A stretch of 32,000 nucleotides of DNA from Peptococcus simiae (GTDB lineage Bacteria > Bacillota > Peptococcia > Peptococcales > Peptococcaceae), in NCBI RefSeq assembly GCF_046097595.1, contig NZ_JBJUVG010000003.1:122054-154053 (forward strand). Reading direction: 5' to 3'. The notes below the pieces were generated by a model. The model ran no database searches. It saw only the letters and a list, made by a program, of their open reading frames with translations, and was not told the DNA's origin. Position 1 is the first letter of the stretch. The number at the start of each line of letters is the position of its first letter. Positions 9,262-16,888 of the stretch are shown one piece after another. Made by a program: the position numbers and the translations under genes.

Positions 9262-9313
9262 AGGGCCGGCCAAGGCCAGGTCACCGGCCTGTCAGGAAGG
9301 CCCCTCTTTTTTT
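9262..9313 (+). terminator. second GC-rich structured element followed by a T7 run
   Basis: Nested GC pairings (GGGCC...GGCCC and GGCC(A)GG...CCGGCC) are followed by CTCTTTTTTT. This may be a back-up terminator, or an A/T-rich UP region for veg. Confidence 0.4.
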
Positions 9314-9343
9314 GAAAAATTGACAAAACCATCACTTTTGCTC

Positions 9344-9372
9344 TTGACACAGGGGTCAAGTCTTTGTATAAT
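9344..9372 (+). promoter_or_regulatory. consensus sigma-A promoter (veg P1)
   Basis: TTGACA (9344-9349), 17-nt spacer, TATAAT (9367-9372). Confidence 0.75.
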
Positions 9373-9383
9373 CATTGGTCAAT

Positions 9384-9412
9384 TTGACAAATCTACTCTA
9401 ATAGGTTATACT
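9384..9412 (+). promoter_or_regulatory. near-consensus sigma-A promoter (veg P2)
   Basis: TTGACA (9384-9389), 17-nt spacer, TATACT (9407-9412). Confidence 0.65.
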
Positions 9413-9455
9413 AGACACAGTCCGTTGCAAAGACCAACGAAAGGGTGAAGGCTGG

Positions 9456-9728
9456 ATGTCCAGGAGAACCATTGAGCATTTACGTAAGGCATTAACGCCG
9501 TTTGTCGGTTGTGACATTGATGTTGATGCGAATGTAGGCCGCAAACGCATAGTCCCCTATGAAGGTGTTTTGGAGAATACATATCCAAACCTATTTGTTG
9601 TTCGCGTGGGGGATGAAGCGGATGAAGATGAGCGTCGCTTATCTTTCAGCTATGTAGACCTATTTACCGGTAATGTGGTGATCTCATTACATAAGGATGG
9701 GCACACTTACTCTCTGGCCAAATCCTAA
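9456..9728 (+). CDS. veg: Veg family protein
   Basis: 90 aa. The pattern L....G..I.V.AN.GR++.....G.LE.TYP.LFVV....E......SFSY.D...G resembles B. subtilis Veg. A very strong promoter context is also typical of veg. Confidence 0.8.
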   Translation: MSRRTIEHLRKALTPFVGCDIDVDANVGRKRIVPYEGVLENTYPNLFVVRVGDEADEDERRLSFSYVDLFTGNVVISLHKDGHTYSLAKS

Positions 9729-9736
9729 TGGATGCC

Positions 9737-9761
9737 AAAAGACCCTACGGGGTCATTTTTG
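9737..9761 (+). terminator. terminator after veg
   Basis: GACCC-TACG-GGGTC hairpin followed by ATTTTT. Confidence 0.55.
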
Positions 9762-9889
9762 TCAAGAAGGACCAGTATTTTTGTTTAGAAATGAAAAAGC
9801 CGGTTATATACTAGCTTAGGTGAGTATGTCACCGATGATATTGATTTGGAGGAAATCATTTAATCATTTTCGAGGAGGAGATTAGAGAA

Positions 9890-10459
9890 ATGAAAGACAT
9901 TAAAGGGACTAAAACAGAAGCAAACTTACAAGAAGCCTTTGCCGGTGAATCTATGGCACGTAATAAATATGATTATTTTGGGGCACAAGCTAAAAAAGAC
10001 GGCTATGTGCAAATCCAAAATATCTTCTTTGAAACGGCTAGACAAGAACACCAGCACGCTAAATTGTGGTTCCGTTACTTAAACGGCGGCAAAATCCCTG
10101 CTACCCCTGAAGCCCTGACTATGGCTGCTGAAGGTGAAAACTACGAGTGGACCGACATGTACAAGCGCATGGAAGAAGACGCTCGTGCAGAAGGCTTTGA
10201 TGAAATTGCCGATCGCTTCAAACACGTTGGCGAAGTTGAACGTGAACACGAAAGACGTTACCTGGCCCTGTTAGAATCTGTCAACAATGACACCGTATTC
10301 AAACGTGACCATGACGTCCGCTGGAAATGCTGCAACTGCGGCTACATCTATGTAGGCAAAGAAGCACCGGAAAAATGCCCGGCCTGCTTACATCCGAAAG
10401 CACACTTCGAAGTGCAAGTAGAATCCTACGCACAAGATAACAGCGATATCGTGAAATAA
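9890..10459 (+). CDS. rbr: rubrerythrin
   Basis: 189 aa. The N-terminal ferritin-like di-iron domain has E..xH pairs ([20 protein letters not shown]). The C-terminal rubredoxin-like domain has CCNCG...CPAC. GAGGAGGAG RBS. Confidence 0.93.
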   Translation: MKDIKGTKTEANLQEAFAGESMARNKYDYFGAQAKKDGYVQIQNIFFETARQEHQHAKLWFRYLNGGKIPATPEALTMAAEGENYEWTDMYKRMEEDARAEGFDEIADRFKHVGEVEREHERRYLALLESVNNDTVFKRDHDVRWKCCNCGYIYVGKEAPEKCPACLHPKAHFEVQVESYAQDNSDIVK

Positions 10460-10476
10460 GTCTGACTGACATGTCG

Positions 10477-10510
10477 AAAAACCACCGGGTCTCCGGTGGT
10501 TTTTTATTTT
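10477..10510 (+). terminator. terminator after rbr
   Basis: ACCACCGG-GTCT-CCGGTGGT followed by TTTTTATTTT. Confidence 0.85.
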
Positions 10511-10603
10511 GCCCTGGTAAAAAAATCTGCTAGTCAAGCTTGCGCAAAAGGGATCCCTTTAAGAGCAATCTGTGCTATAATTCCCTGAAAGGAGGTTGTT
10601 GGC

Positions 10604-10867
10604 ATGAGAACAGTCGGCAAAAATGTAGAAAGATGGACCCTAGTCCTTGGCCTAGCAGCCCTGGTGGTCAGCTTTATTTTTAAAGAGGCCTGGATAGGGG
10701 CCTTCCGGCCCATCGGCTTCACCAGCCTTGTCATTTGCCCCTTGCTTGGGCTTGTAGGCTTGGTTGGCTCGATTTTTCATAAGAATATTTTATTTGCCTT
10801 TTTAAATGGCCTCCTGGCCCTTAGCTTTTTCCTAATTATGGGGATTGGCTACAGCCTGCTGGGCTGA
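10604..10867 (+). CDS. small hydrophobic membrane protein (about 3 TM), unknown function
   Basis: 87-aa ORF with a GAAAGGAGG RBS, an extended -10 (TGCTATAAT) upstream and a terminator-like hairpin plus T7 run downstream. Confidence 0.6.
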   Translation: MRTVGKNVERWTLVLGLAALVVSFIFKEAWIGAFRPIGFTSLVICPLLGLVGLVGSIFHKNILFAFLNGLLALSFFLIMGIGYSLLG

Positions 10868-11016
10868 CCTGGTGGCGGCTGGAGGACAGGGCCCTTCACC
10901 CGTCCGTTTTTTTATGGGCTATGGATGAGGGACAAGACCAAGGCAGCCCTTTATACAAAAAGGACAAGCCTTAGGGGCCAGTTCAGAGAAATCGTAAAAA
11001 TAAGGCTAAACTTTAT

Positions 11017-11044
11017 TGACATTTGTTCCATCTTCCGATATACT
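11017..11044 (+). promoter_or_regulatory. promoter of tRNA-Ser
   Basis: TTGACA (11017-11022), 16-nt spacer, TATACT (11039-11044), about 20 nt upstream of the tRNA. Confidence 0.65.
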
Positions 11045-11063
11045 TAATATCGGCTTTTCACTT

Positions 11064-11152
11064 GGAGAGATGTCCGAGCTTGGCTGAAGGAGCACGACTG
11101 GAAATCGTGTATACGGGAAACCGTATCGAGGGTTCGAATCCCTCTCTCTCCG
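11064..11152 (+). tRNA. tRNA-Ser (anticodon GGA)
   Basis: Folded by hand. Acceptor GGAGAGA/TCTCTCC. Anticodon stem CACGA/TCGTG with loop CTGGAAA. Long class-II variable arm (TATACGGGAAACCGTAT). T-arm GAGGG-TTCGAAT-CCCTC. Discriminator G; no CCA is encoded. Confidence 0.9.
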
Positions 11153-11157
11153 TCTAC

Positions 11158-11194
11158 CCCCGATCCGGGATATTCCGGATCGGGGTCTTTTTTT
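11158..11194 (+). terminator. terminator after tRNA-Ser
   Basis: CCCCGATCCGG...CCGGATCGGGG hairpin followed by TCTTTTTTTT. Confidence 0.85.
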
Positions 11195-11229
11195 GTTCAA
11201 AAATAAGGGGCCCAGCCAGGGGCAGGTAT

Positions 11230-11258
11230 AAAAAAAGGCCACCGGTTGGACGGTGGCC
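11230..11258 (-). terminator. terminator of the GRE operon (minus strand)
   Basis: On the minus strand: GGCCACCG-TCCAAC-CGGTGGCC followed by T7. Confidence 0.8.
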
Positions 11259-11301
11259 CAGTAAAGGGTTTTAATCTAACGTTTGAGGCGTAGGCCGAAA
11301 G

Positions 11302-12222
11302 CTAGGCATCTGTCACAGGGTCGCAGCCGGCCTGCCGGATGACCGCCTTGAGGGTCTGGATATGGGATGGGTCAGGGGCCTGGTAGAGGGGCTGGTCCTG
11401 GCCCAGGGCCTGGGCCTTGTCCCGTCCCAGGGCGTGGTAGGGGAGGAGGTCAATGGCCGGGTCCTGGGCGTATTGGGCCACAAACTGGGCCAGCCGGCGG
11501 ATATGGTCCGGGTCATCATTGACCCCCTGCAAGAGGGGGATTCGGACGATGACCCTGGGATGCCGGGCGGCCAGCCGCTTAAAGTTGTCCTGGATTAGGC
11601 GGTTGTCCAGGCCGGTCAGCTGGCGGTGCCGGGCCGGGTCCATGTGCTTGAGGTCGAAGAAGACCAGGTCCAGCCGGGCCAGGGTCGGCCAGAGGCGGTC
11701 AAAGTCAAAGTAGCCACAGGTTTCCATGGCCTGGCTGATGGCCAGGTCGTAGAAGCGTTGGCTTAACCGGTCTAAGAAAGCCGCCTGACCGGTGCATTCG
11801 CCACCGGAATAGGTCACGCCCCCGCCGGAAGCGGTGAAAAAGGACTGGTAGGGGAGGACGGCCTGGACCAGGTCGTCGACGGTGTAGGCCGAGATGGTTG
11901 GCCGGCGGGCGCCTGTCGGGCAGGCGGTGGCACAAAGGCCGCAGCCTTGGCACCGGGCCCGGTCCTGGGCCCGGCTGAGGTCTAAGCCTCCGGGATAGGG
12001 GCAGACGGCCCGGCAGGCCTGGCAGGCCTGACACTTATCCGGGTAGAAGAGGATGGCCTTTTTCAGGCTGGCCGTTTCCGGGTTGGCGCACCAGCGGCAG
12101 GCCAGGGGGCAGCCGGCAAAGAAAAAGGTGGTCCGGATGCCATCGCCATCATGGACGGAAAAATGCTGGATATTGGTCAGGTAGCCATAGAGGGGGCCGG
12201 TGGTCGGTTTAGAAGCTGTCAT
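11302..12222 (-). CDS. glycyl-radical enzyme activating enzyme (radical SAM, two auxiliary ferredoxin-like clusters)
   Basis: Radical-SAM motif CPLACRWC, plus CQACQACRAVCP and CQGCGLCATACP. I prefer the ATG at 12222-12220 (MTASKPTTG), which overlaps the GRE 3' end by 14 nt. The track start is 12246. Confidence 0.9.
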   Translation of the reverse strand: MTASKPTTGPLYGYLTNIQHFSVHDGDGIRTTFFFAGCPLACRWCANPETASLKKAILFYPDKCQACQACRAVCPYPGGLDLSRAQDRARCQGCGLCATACPTGARRPTISAYTVDDLVQAVLPYQSFFTASGGGVTYSGGECTGQAAFLDRLSQRFYDLAISQAMETCGYFDFDRLWPTLARLDLVFFDLKHMDPARHRQLTGLDNRLIQDNFKRLAARHPRVIVRIPLLQGVNDDPDHIRRLAQFVAQYAQDPAIDLLPYHALGRDKAQALGQDQPLYQAPDPSHIQTLKAVIRQAGCDPVTDA

Positions 12223-14575
12223 GGCTATTCCGGTCAATGATGGCATCCTGCATAGACCGGGACAGGTTCACAAATTGGGTGGAATAGCCGGCCACGCGGA
12301 CGAGGAGGTCCCGGTAGTTTTCCGGGTTTTTCTGGGCAGCGTAGAGGGTCTCGTTGGAGACGGTATTGAACTGGACATGGAAGCCGCCCAGGTTAAAGAA
12401 ACTCTTGATCATATGGCCCAGGTTGGCCCGACCCCGGGGATTGTTGACCAGGCTGGGGCTCATCCGGAGGTTCATAAGGGTCCCACCGGAATGGACGTCC
12501 TGGTTGAGCTTGGCGGCGCTCCGCATGGCGGCCAGGGGGGTGGACTGGTCGGTCCCTGCATAGGGGGAGACCCCTTCGGAAATCGGGGCCCGGGCATGGC
12601 GACCATCCGGTGTAGCCCCTAGGATTTTCCCGGTGGGTAGGTAGTTGGAAATCCCCATAAAGGCAGACTTAAAGGCATTTCCATTGATGTCCTTATAGCT
12701 GTTGATGGCCTCATACTGGTGGTTGGCGATTTTAACGGCAATCCGGTCTACTTCATCGATGTTGTTGCCATACTTGGGTAGGTTGAGGATCTTTTGCCGG
12801 AGGACTTCATAGCCGGCCCAATCGGCTTCCAGGGCCTGGTGGAGGTCCTCGGCCGAGACGGTCTTTTCATCAAAGACCAGGTGCTTGATGGCATAGAGGG
12901 CATTGGCGCAGACGGCAATCCCCATGGAGGTGATGACCGGGCCCACATTGTATTCCGCCCCACAGTCGACCAGGTCCCGGCCATTTTCCAGGCAGGCGCC
13001 TAAGGTGGCGGACAGGAAGGGACGGGGGGCCTGGTCCCGGTGGAGCTTCTGGGCCAGGAGGGTATTGGATACGGACAGGGCGACCAGCCGGTCAAATTCA
13101 GCAAAGAAGGCCGCTTCCAGGTCAGCATAGCTGGCGTAGTCCGGCAGGCTTTTGTCGGAAATCCCCTTTTTTTCCCCGGTCAGCCGGAGTTTGCCGCCGG
13201 TTAGGGCAAATTCCAGGGCGGCAGGGATATTGAGGTTGACGGCTGAGGTCCATTCACTGACCTTGCGGAAGTGGGGGACCACGCAGCCGCAGTTATTCCA
13301 GTCCCGGGCATCTGTCGGTGAAATGCCATTGTTTAGGAGCATCTTGTAACCGACTTCATCATTGTGGATGGCCGGGAAACCGGTGCCCAGGGCGACCAGG
13401 TCGGTCACCGCATTGACAAAGGCCTGGGGGGCATCCTGGTGGAGCCGGACCGATAGGCCGGGCTGGTGGGTTTGCAATTCGCCGGTGGCCTTGAGGGCCA
13501 GATAGGAGACGGCATTGGTGGCGTCCTGGCCCTGGCGGTCCTTACCGCCGACGGTGAGGTTTTGGAACTGGTTGTAGCCGGCAAAGAAGTCGGCTGTATT
13601 TGAAGAAATGGTCCAGACCCATTCCGACATCTTGAGCCAGAGAGACTCGATGAGTTCCAGGGCCCAGTCTTCCGTGAGTCGGCCGGCGGCGACGTCTTTT
13701 TCATAATAGGGGAAGGTGTACTGGTCAAACCGGCCCGGGTTCAGGGCCAGGGGGTTTTCGGCTAAGATCCCGCCCAGCTGGGTAAACCAGACAAACTGGA
13801 GGGCCTCCCAGAAGGTGGTGGGCGGGTGTTCCGGCACCCGGCGGCAGTTGGCGGCGATGGTCAGGAGCTCTTCTCGGCGGGCGCCGCCGGCGTCTTTGGC
13901 CAGGGTCTCGGCCTGGTCGGCATAGCGGTTGGCCAGGCGGATAATCCCTTCAGCTGTGAGGATAATGGACCGGTAAAAGGTCATCTTGTCCAAGTCCTCG
14001 GCCCGGGTAGCAGAGAGGCTTTCCAGCTTGGCCTTGGCCTCCCGGATAATGCCGCCAAAGCCCTTGACAAAGAGGACCTCCTGGTAGTCCGGGGTGATTT
14101 CCCCGACAGACTGCCGCCACTTGGAGTCGTTGTCGACGATGGAGGTATCGACGGTGACCTTGGCGGCTTCCGGGTCGACCTGGTTTAAAAAGGCTTCCTC
14201 CAGGCTCTTGCCGGCCCAGTAGGGGAAGACGTGCTTGCGTAAGTAGTCTTTTTGCTCCGGCTCAATGGCATAGGGGTCTTGGGGGCGTTCGGCGAAGCGG
14301 TCCATTTCCCGGTCAACCCAGGACCAGGAAAATTCCGGGGTCAGAACGCCGCACTTCCGGTATTCACCCAGGGCGCCGACAATCAGCTCCCCTTCAAAGA
14401 TGTAGACCCCCAATTCTTCGCAGGTATCCTTAAAGGCCATGGCTCGGCGGATGGGGGTGGCCATGCCTTCGGTCCGTTGGTGGGATTCGGTCCAAATCCG
14501 AGCCCGTTCAATGGAAATATGGGGCATGGTGTTGATGTAGTTGTCTTTGGCTTGACGGATGCGATCAGATAGCAT
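12209..14575 (-). CDS. glycyl radical enzyme, PFL2/glycerol-dehydratase-like fold, substrate unknown
   Basis: 788 aa. C-terminal glycyl motif RVAGYS (Gly763, codon at 12287-12289). Cys loop WNNCGCVVPHF (Cys431, codon at 13283-13285). AAAGGAGG RBS. Confidence 0.9.
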   Translation of the reverse strand: MLSDRIRQAKDNYINTMPHISIERARIWTESHQRTEGMATPIRRAMAFKDTCEELGVYIFEGELIVGALGEYRKCGVLTPEFSWSWVDREMDRFAERPQDPYAIEPEQKDYLRKHVFPYWAGKSLEEAFLNQVDPEAAKVTVDTSIVDNDSKWRQSVGEITPDYQEVLFVKGFGGIIREAKAKLESLSATRAEDLDKMTFYRSIILTAEGIIRLANRYADQAETLAKDAGGARREELLTIAANCRRVPEHPPTTFWEALQFVWFTQLGGILAENPLALNPGRFDQYTFPYYEKDVAAGRLTEDWALELIESLWLKMSEWVWTISSNTADFFAGYNQFQNLTVGGKDRQGQDATNAVSYLALKATGELQTHQPGLSVRLHQDAPQAFVNAVTDLVALGTGFPAIHNDEVGYKMLLNNGISPTDARDWNNCGCVVPHFRKVSEWTSAVNLNIPAALEFALTGGKLRLTGEKKGISDKSLPDYASYADLEAAFFAEFDRLVALSVSNTLLAQKLHRDQAPRPFLSATLGACLENGRDLVDCGAEYNVGPVITSMGIAVCANALYAIKHLVFDEKTVSAEDLHQALEADWAGYEVLRQKILNLPKYGNNIDEVDRIAVKIANHQYEAINSYKDINGNAFKSAFMGISNYLPTGKILGATPDGRHARAPISEGVSPYAGTDQSTPLAAMRSAAKLNQDVHSGGTLMNLRMSPSLVNNPRGRANLGHMIKSFFNLGGFHVQFNTVSNETLYAAQKNPENYRDLLVRVAGYSTQFVNLSRSMQDAIIDRNSHDSF

Positions 14576-14593
14576 AGGGACCTCCTTTAGGAC

Positions 14594-15142
14594 TCAGTAA
14601 GACATGATATCTTGAAAAACAAGGGTTTCTTCCGTTTCGTTGATGTATTGGTGGCTGCCCGAGGGGACAAAGCGGAAGCCTGTCGGGGCCTTTAACCGGT
14701 GGGGCTGACCGTGACAGATGAGGGTCAGGGTCCCCTGGGTGACAATGATGTGCTCGTACCTGGCATTGGGATGGGCGGTAGAGGTATAGCCCGTGCCGGG
14801 GGCCATGGTGACGTAGAAATAATCGAAACCGGTTTCCGGTGCAAAGGGAAAGACAGGACAGAGCCGGACCGCCCCATCGGCTTCAGTGAGGACCTCTTCC
14901 TGGCCGATGGCCACCTGGAGGTAGCGGTCACTGTCATCGGCCAGGAGGGAGGCAAAAGATACTTTGAAGCCGCCGGCAATTTTCCATAAGGTGGTGATGC
15001 TCGGGGTCGATTCGCCCCGCTCGATTTGGCCTAGCATGGTTTTGGAGACATTACACAGGTCGCTGGCAGCGGCCAGGCTTAGGCTCCGGTCCTTGCGCAG
15101 GGCCTTGAGCCTGTCACCAAGAAAGGGGAAAGGATCGTTCAT
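14594..15142 (-). CDS. XRE-family HTH transcriptional regulator with C-terminal cupin domain
   Basis: I prefer the ATG at 15142-15140 (MNDPFPFLGDRLKALRKDRSLSL...), with AGGAGG upstream. HTH block: SKTMLGQIERGESTPSITTLWKIA. The C-terminal beta-rich cupin-like part has H...H. The track start at 15265 adds 41 unlikely residues. Confidence 0.8.
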   Translation of the reverse strand: MNDPFPFLGDRLKALRKDRSLSLAAASDLCNVSKTMLGQIERGESTPSITTLWKIAGGFKVSFASLLADDSDRYLQVAIGQEEVLTEADGAVRLCPVFPFAPETGFDYFYVTMAPGTGYTSTAHPNARYEHIIVTQGTLTLICHGQPHRLKAPTGFRFVPSGSHQYINETEETLVFQDIMSY

Positions 15143-15178
15143 AGGGCCTCCTAAATAAAAAAGTTTAACCGCAAAACA

Positions 15179-15198
15179 GCGTACGCTATAACGTACGT
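15179..15198. promoter_or_regulatory. candidate operator: twin 8-bp palindromes GCGTACGC-TATA-ACGTACGT
   Basis: Read directly from the sequence. It lies just downstream of the predicted minus-strand -10 (TAATCT, rc of 15201-15206), whose -35 is TTGACA (rc of 15224-15229). Confidence 0.45.
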
Positions 15199-15200
15199 AT

Positions 15201-15229
15201 AGATTAGCAAAGAAGGGGACCCATGTCAA
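15201..15229 (-). promoter_or_regulatory. candidate promoter of the regulator-GRE-activase operon
   Basis: On the minus strand: TTGACA, 17-nt spacer, TAATCT. Confidence 0.5.
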
Positions 15230-15265
15230 TAAATTCAGACAATTAACTGACCCTCTAGCGGCCAA

Positions 15266-15294
15266 TTGACCTGGTATTTTTCTTCCTTTACACT
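15266..15294 (+). promoter_or_regulatory. candidate promoter of the permease gene
   Basis: TTGACC (15266-15271), 17-nt spacer, TACACT (15289-15294). Confidence 0.5.
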
Positions 15295-15342
15295 GAAACG
15301 GTACTTATTTTTATTGCTGTGAATGATGAAGGAGGTATTTGC

Positions 15343-16797
15343 TTGACGAATCAAAAGAAAAACTGGGCCTATTTGGTCAATAGCCTGGTCACCCTGGGGA
15401 TTATGTTTGGCTTTTCCCTACTGCCGGCGCCGGGGACCATCACGCCCCTGGGGATGCAAATTTTAGGCATTTTTATTGCCCTCATCTACGGCTGGTCAAC
15501 GGTCGGGACCATTTGGCCCAGCCTGGCCGGGATCTTGGCCATGGGCTTTACCGACTACGCCACCGTTTCTGAGGCTATTATGCAGGCCATGGGTAATGAT
15601 GTGGTCTGGCAGCTCCTGCTTATTATGGCCATGCTGGTGCCTATTGAAAATGAAGGGGTGGCCAACCATATTTCCAAGTTCTTTTTAAGCCTGCCCATCG
15701 TCAAGGGCCGGCCCTGGGCTTTTAGTGCGATTTTCTTATTTGCCACCTATGTGCTTTCGGCCTCTACCAGCGGGACGGCGACCATCCTGCTCATGTGGGC
15801 CATCTTATACAGCATCCTCCGGTCGGTGGGCTATACCATTGCCGACCGCTACACCTCTTTGATGATCTTTGGGGTGGTCTATGCCAGTATTTTAGGCTTT
15901 GCCACCTTCCCCTTTAAAGGGCCGGCCCTGGCCATATTACGGTCTTATGCGGCCGCTTCCGGCCAGGTCATGGATAATGCCCTCTATATGGCGGTCGTTA
16001 TACCGACCACGCTCGTCATGCTGGCCGGTTACCTCCTGGCCATGCGGGTCATCTTCAGGCCGGATACCGAGAAGCTTAAAAATATTGACTTACAGGCCTA
16101 CTTTGATGCCCTGGACCTCCACCAAATGAACCGCCGGCAGAGGGTCCTCCTGGGGGTCTTGTGCATGAGTATTTTACTGATGTTCCTGCCCAGTATCATG
16201 CCCAAGACCTGGGCATTAACCGCTTTCCTACAGGCCCTTGGCTCGTCCGGGGTTATGGTCCTCATTGTAACGGTGATGATTGCCGTCCGGGTTGAGGGCA
16301 AGCCCCTTTTGAACTTTAAGCAGGCAGCTGCCCAGATTCAGTGGGGGATTGTCTTCCTGGTTATGGCCGCCCTCTTTGTGGCCGGCGCCCTTTGCAGCGA
16401 AGGGACCGGGGTGACGGACTACTTCCATGACGTCCTCTACCCGGTTTTAGGCGGCCGGTCTCTGGCAGTCTTTAGCCTCCTGGGTGTCTTGAGCGGGACC
16501 GTCATTACCAACTTTGGTAATAATGCAGCCATGGGGGTGGTCCTCATGCCCCTGATTCATGCCCTGTCTGCCGGTGGCGACTTTAACCCCCTCGTCCCGG
16601 TGACCCTGGTCACCATGAGCGTTTTTGTCGCGGTCATCACCCCGGTGGCCTCGCCCCATGCGGCCCTCCTGCATGGGAACAGGGAGTGGATTAGCGGCCG
16701 CCATGTCTACCTTTATGCCGTTTCCATGACCCTGTGGAGTGTTTTTGTCACCATGCTGGTGGGCCTACCCCTGGCCCGGTTGGTTTTCGGCAGTTAA
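15343..16797 (+). CDS. multi-pass anion permease, ion-transporter superfamily (SLC13/DASS- or ArsB/NhaD-like)
   Basis: About 484 aa and very hydrophobic (12 or more predicted TM segments), with a central hydrophilic loop. Small-residue hairpin-like motifs: SASTSGTATI, TNFGNNAAMG, TPVASPHAA. I prefer TTG 15343, 7 nt after GAAGGAGG; the track start is 15319. Confidence 0.6.
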   Translation: MTNQKKNWAYLVNSLVTLGIMFGFSLLPAPGTITPLGMQILGIFIALIYGWSTVGTIWPSLAGILAMGFTDYATVSEAIMQAMGNDVVWQLLLIMAMLVPIENEGVANHISKFFLSLPIVKGRPWAFSAIFLFATYVLSASTSGTATILLMWAILYSILRSVGYTIADRYTSLMIFGVVYASILGFATFPFKGPALAILRSYAAASGQVMDNALYMAVVIPTTLVMLAGYLLAMRVIFRPDTEKLKNIDLQAYFDALDLHQMNRRQRVLLGVLCMSILLMFLPSIMPKTWALTAFLQALGSSGVMVLIVTVMIAVRVEGKPLLNFKQAAAQIQWGIVFLVMAALFVAGALCSEGTGVTDYFHDVLYPVLGGRSLAVFSLLGVLSGTVITNFGNNAAMGVVLMPLIHALSAGGDFNPLVPVTLVTMSVFVAVITPVASPHAALLHGNREWISGRHVYLYAVSMTLWSVFVTMLVGLPLARLVFGS

Positions 16798-16801
16798 TGA
16801 G

Positions 16802-16845
16802 AAGCCGTACCTGCATCCTCCAAGGAGCTAGGTACGGCTTTTTTG
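16802..16845 (+). terminator. terminator after the permease gene
   Basis: AAGCCGTACC...GGTACGGCTT stem followed by TTTTT. Confidence 0.8.
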
Positions 16846-16852
16846 CGCAAAT

Positions 16853-16878
16853 ATAAAAAAATCGCCCACAAGGGCGAT
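16853..16878 (-). terminator. terminator of the SRP RNA gene
   Basis: On the minus strand: ATCGCCC-TTGT-GGGCGAT followed by T7. Confidence 0.8.
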
Positions 16879-16888
16879 TTGATGATAT

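Noticed and set aside
14594-15265. The 223-aa version of the regulator ORF, and similar N-terminal extensions in the track (hisG 3022, hisF 7210, rplI 8764, atpE 26368, comEB 23301, sigma 20705, anti-sigma 20290).
   Set aside because: In each case an internal start codon has a properly spaced Shine-Dalgarno sequence and yields the conserved family N-terminus. The upstream start overlaps a neighbouring gene, the RBS itself or promoter DNA.
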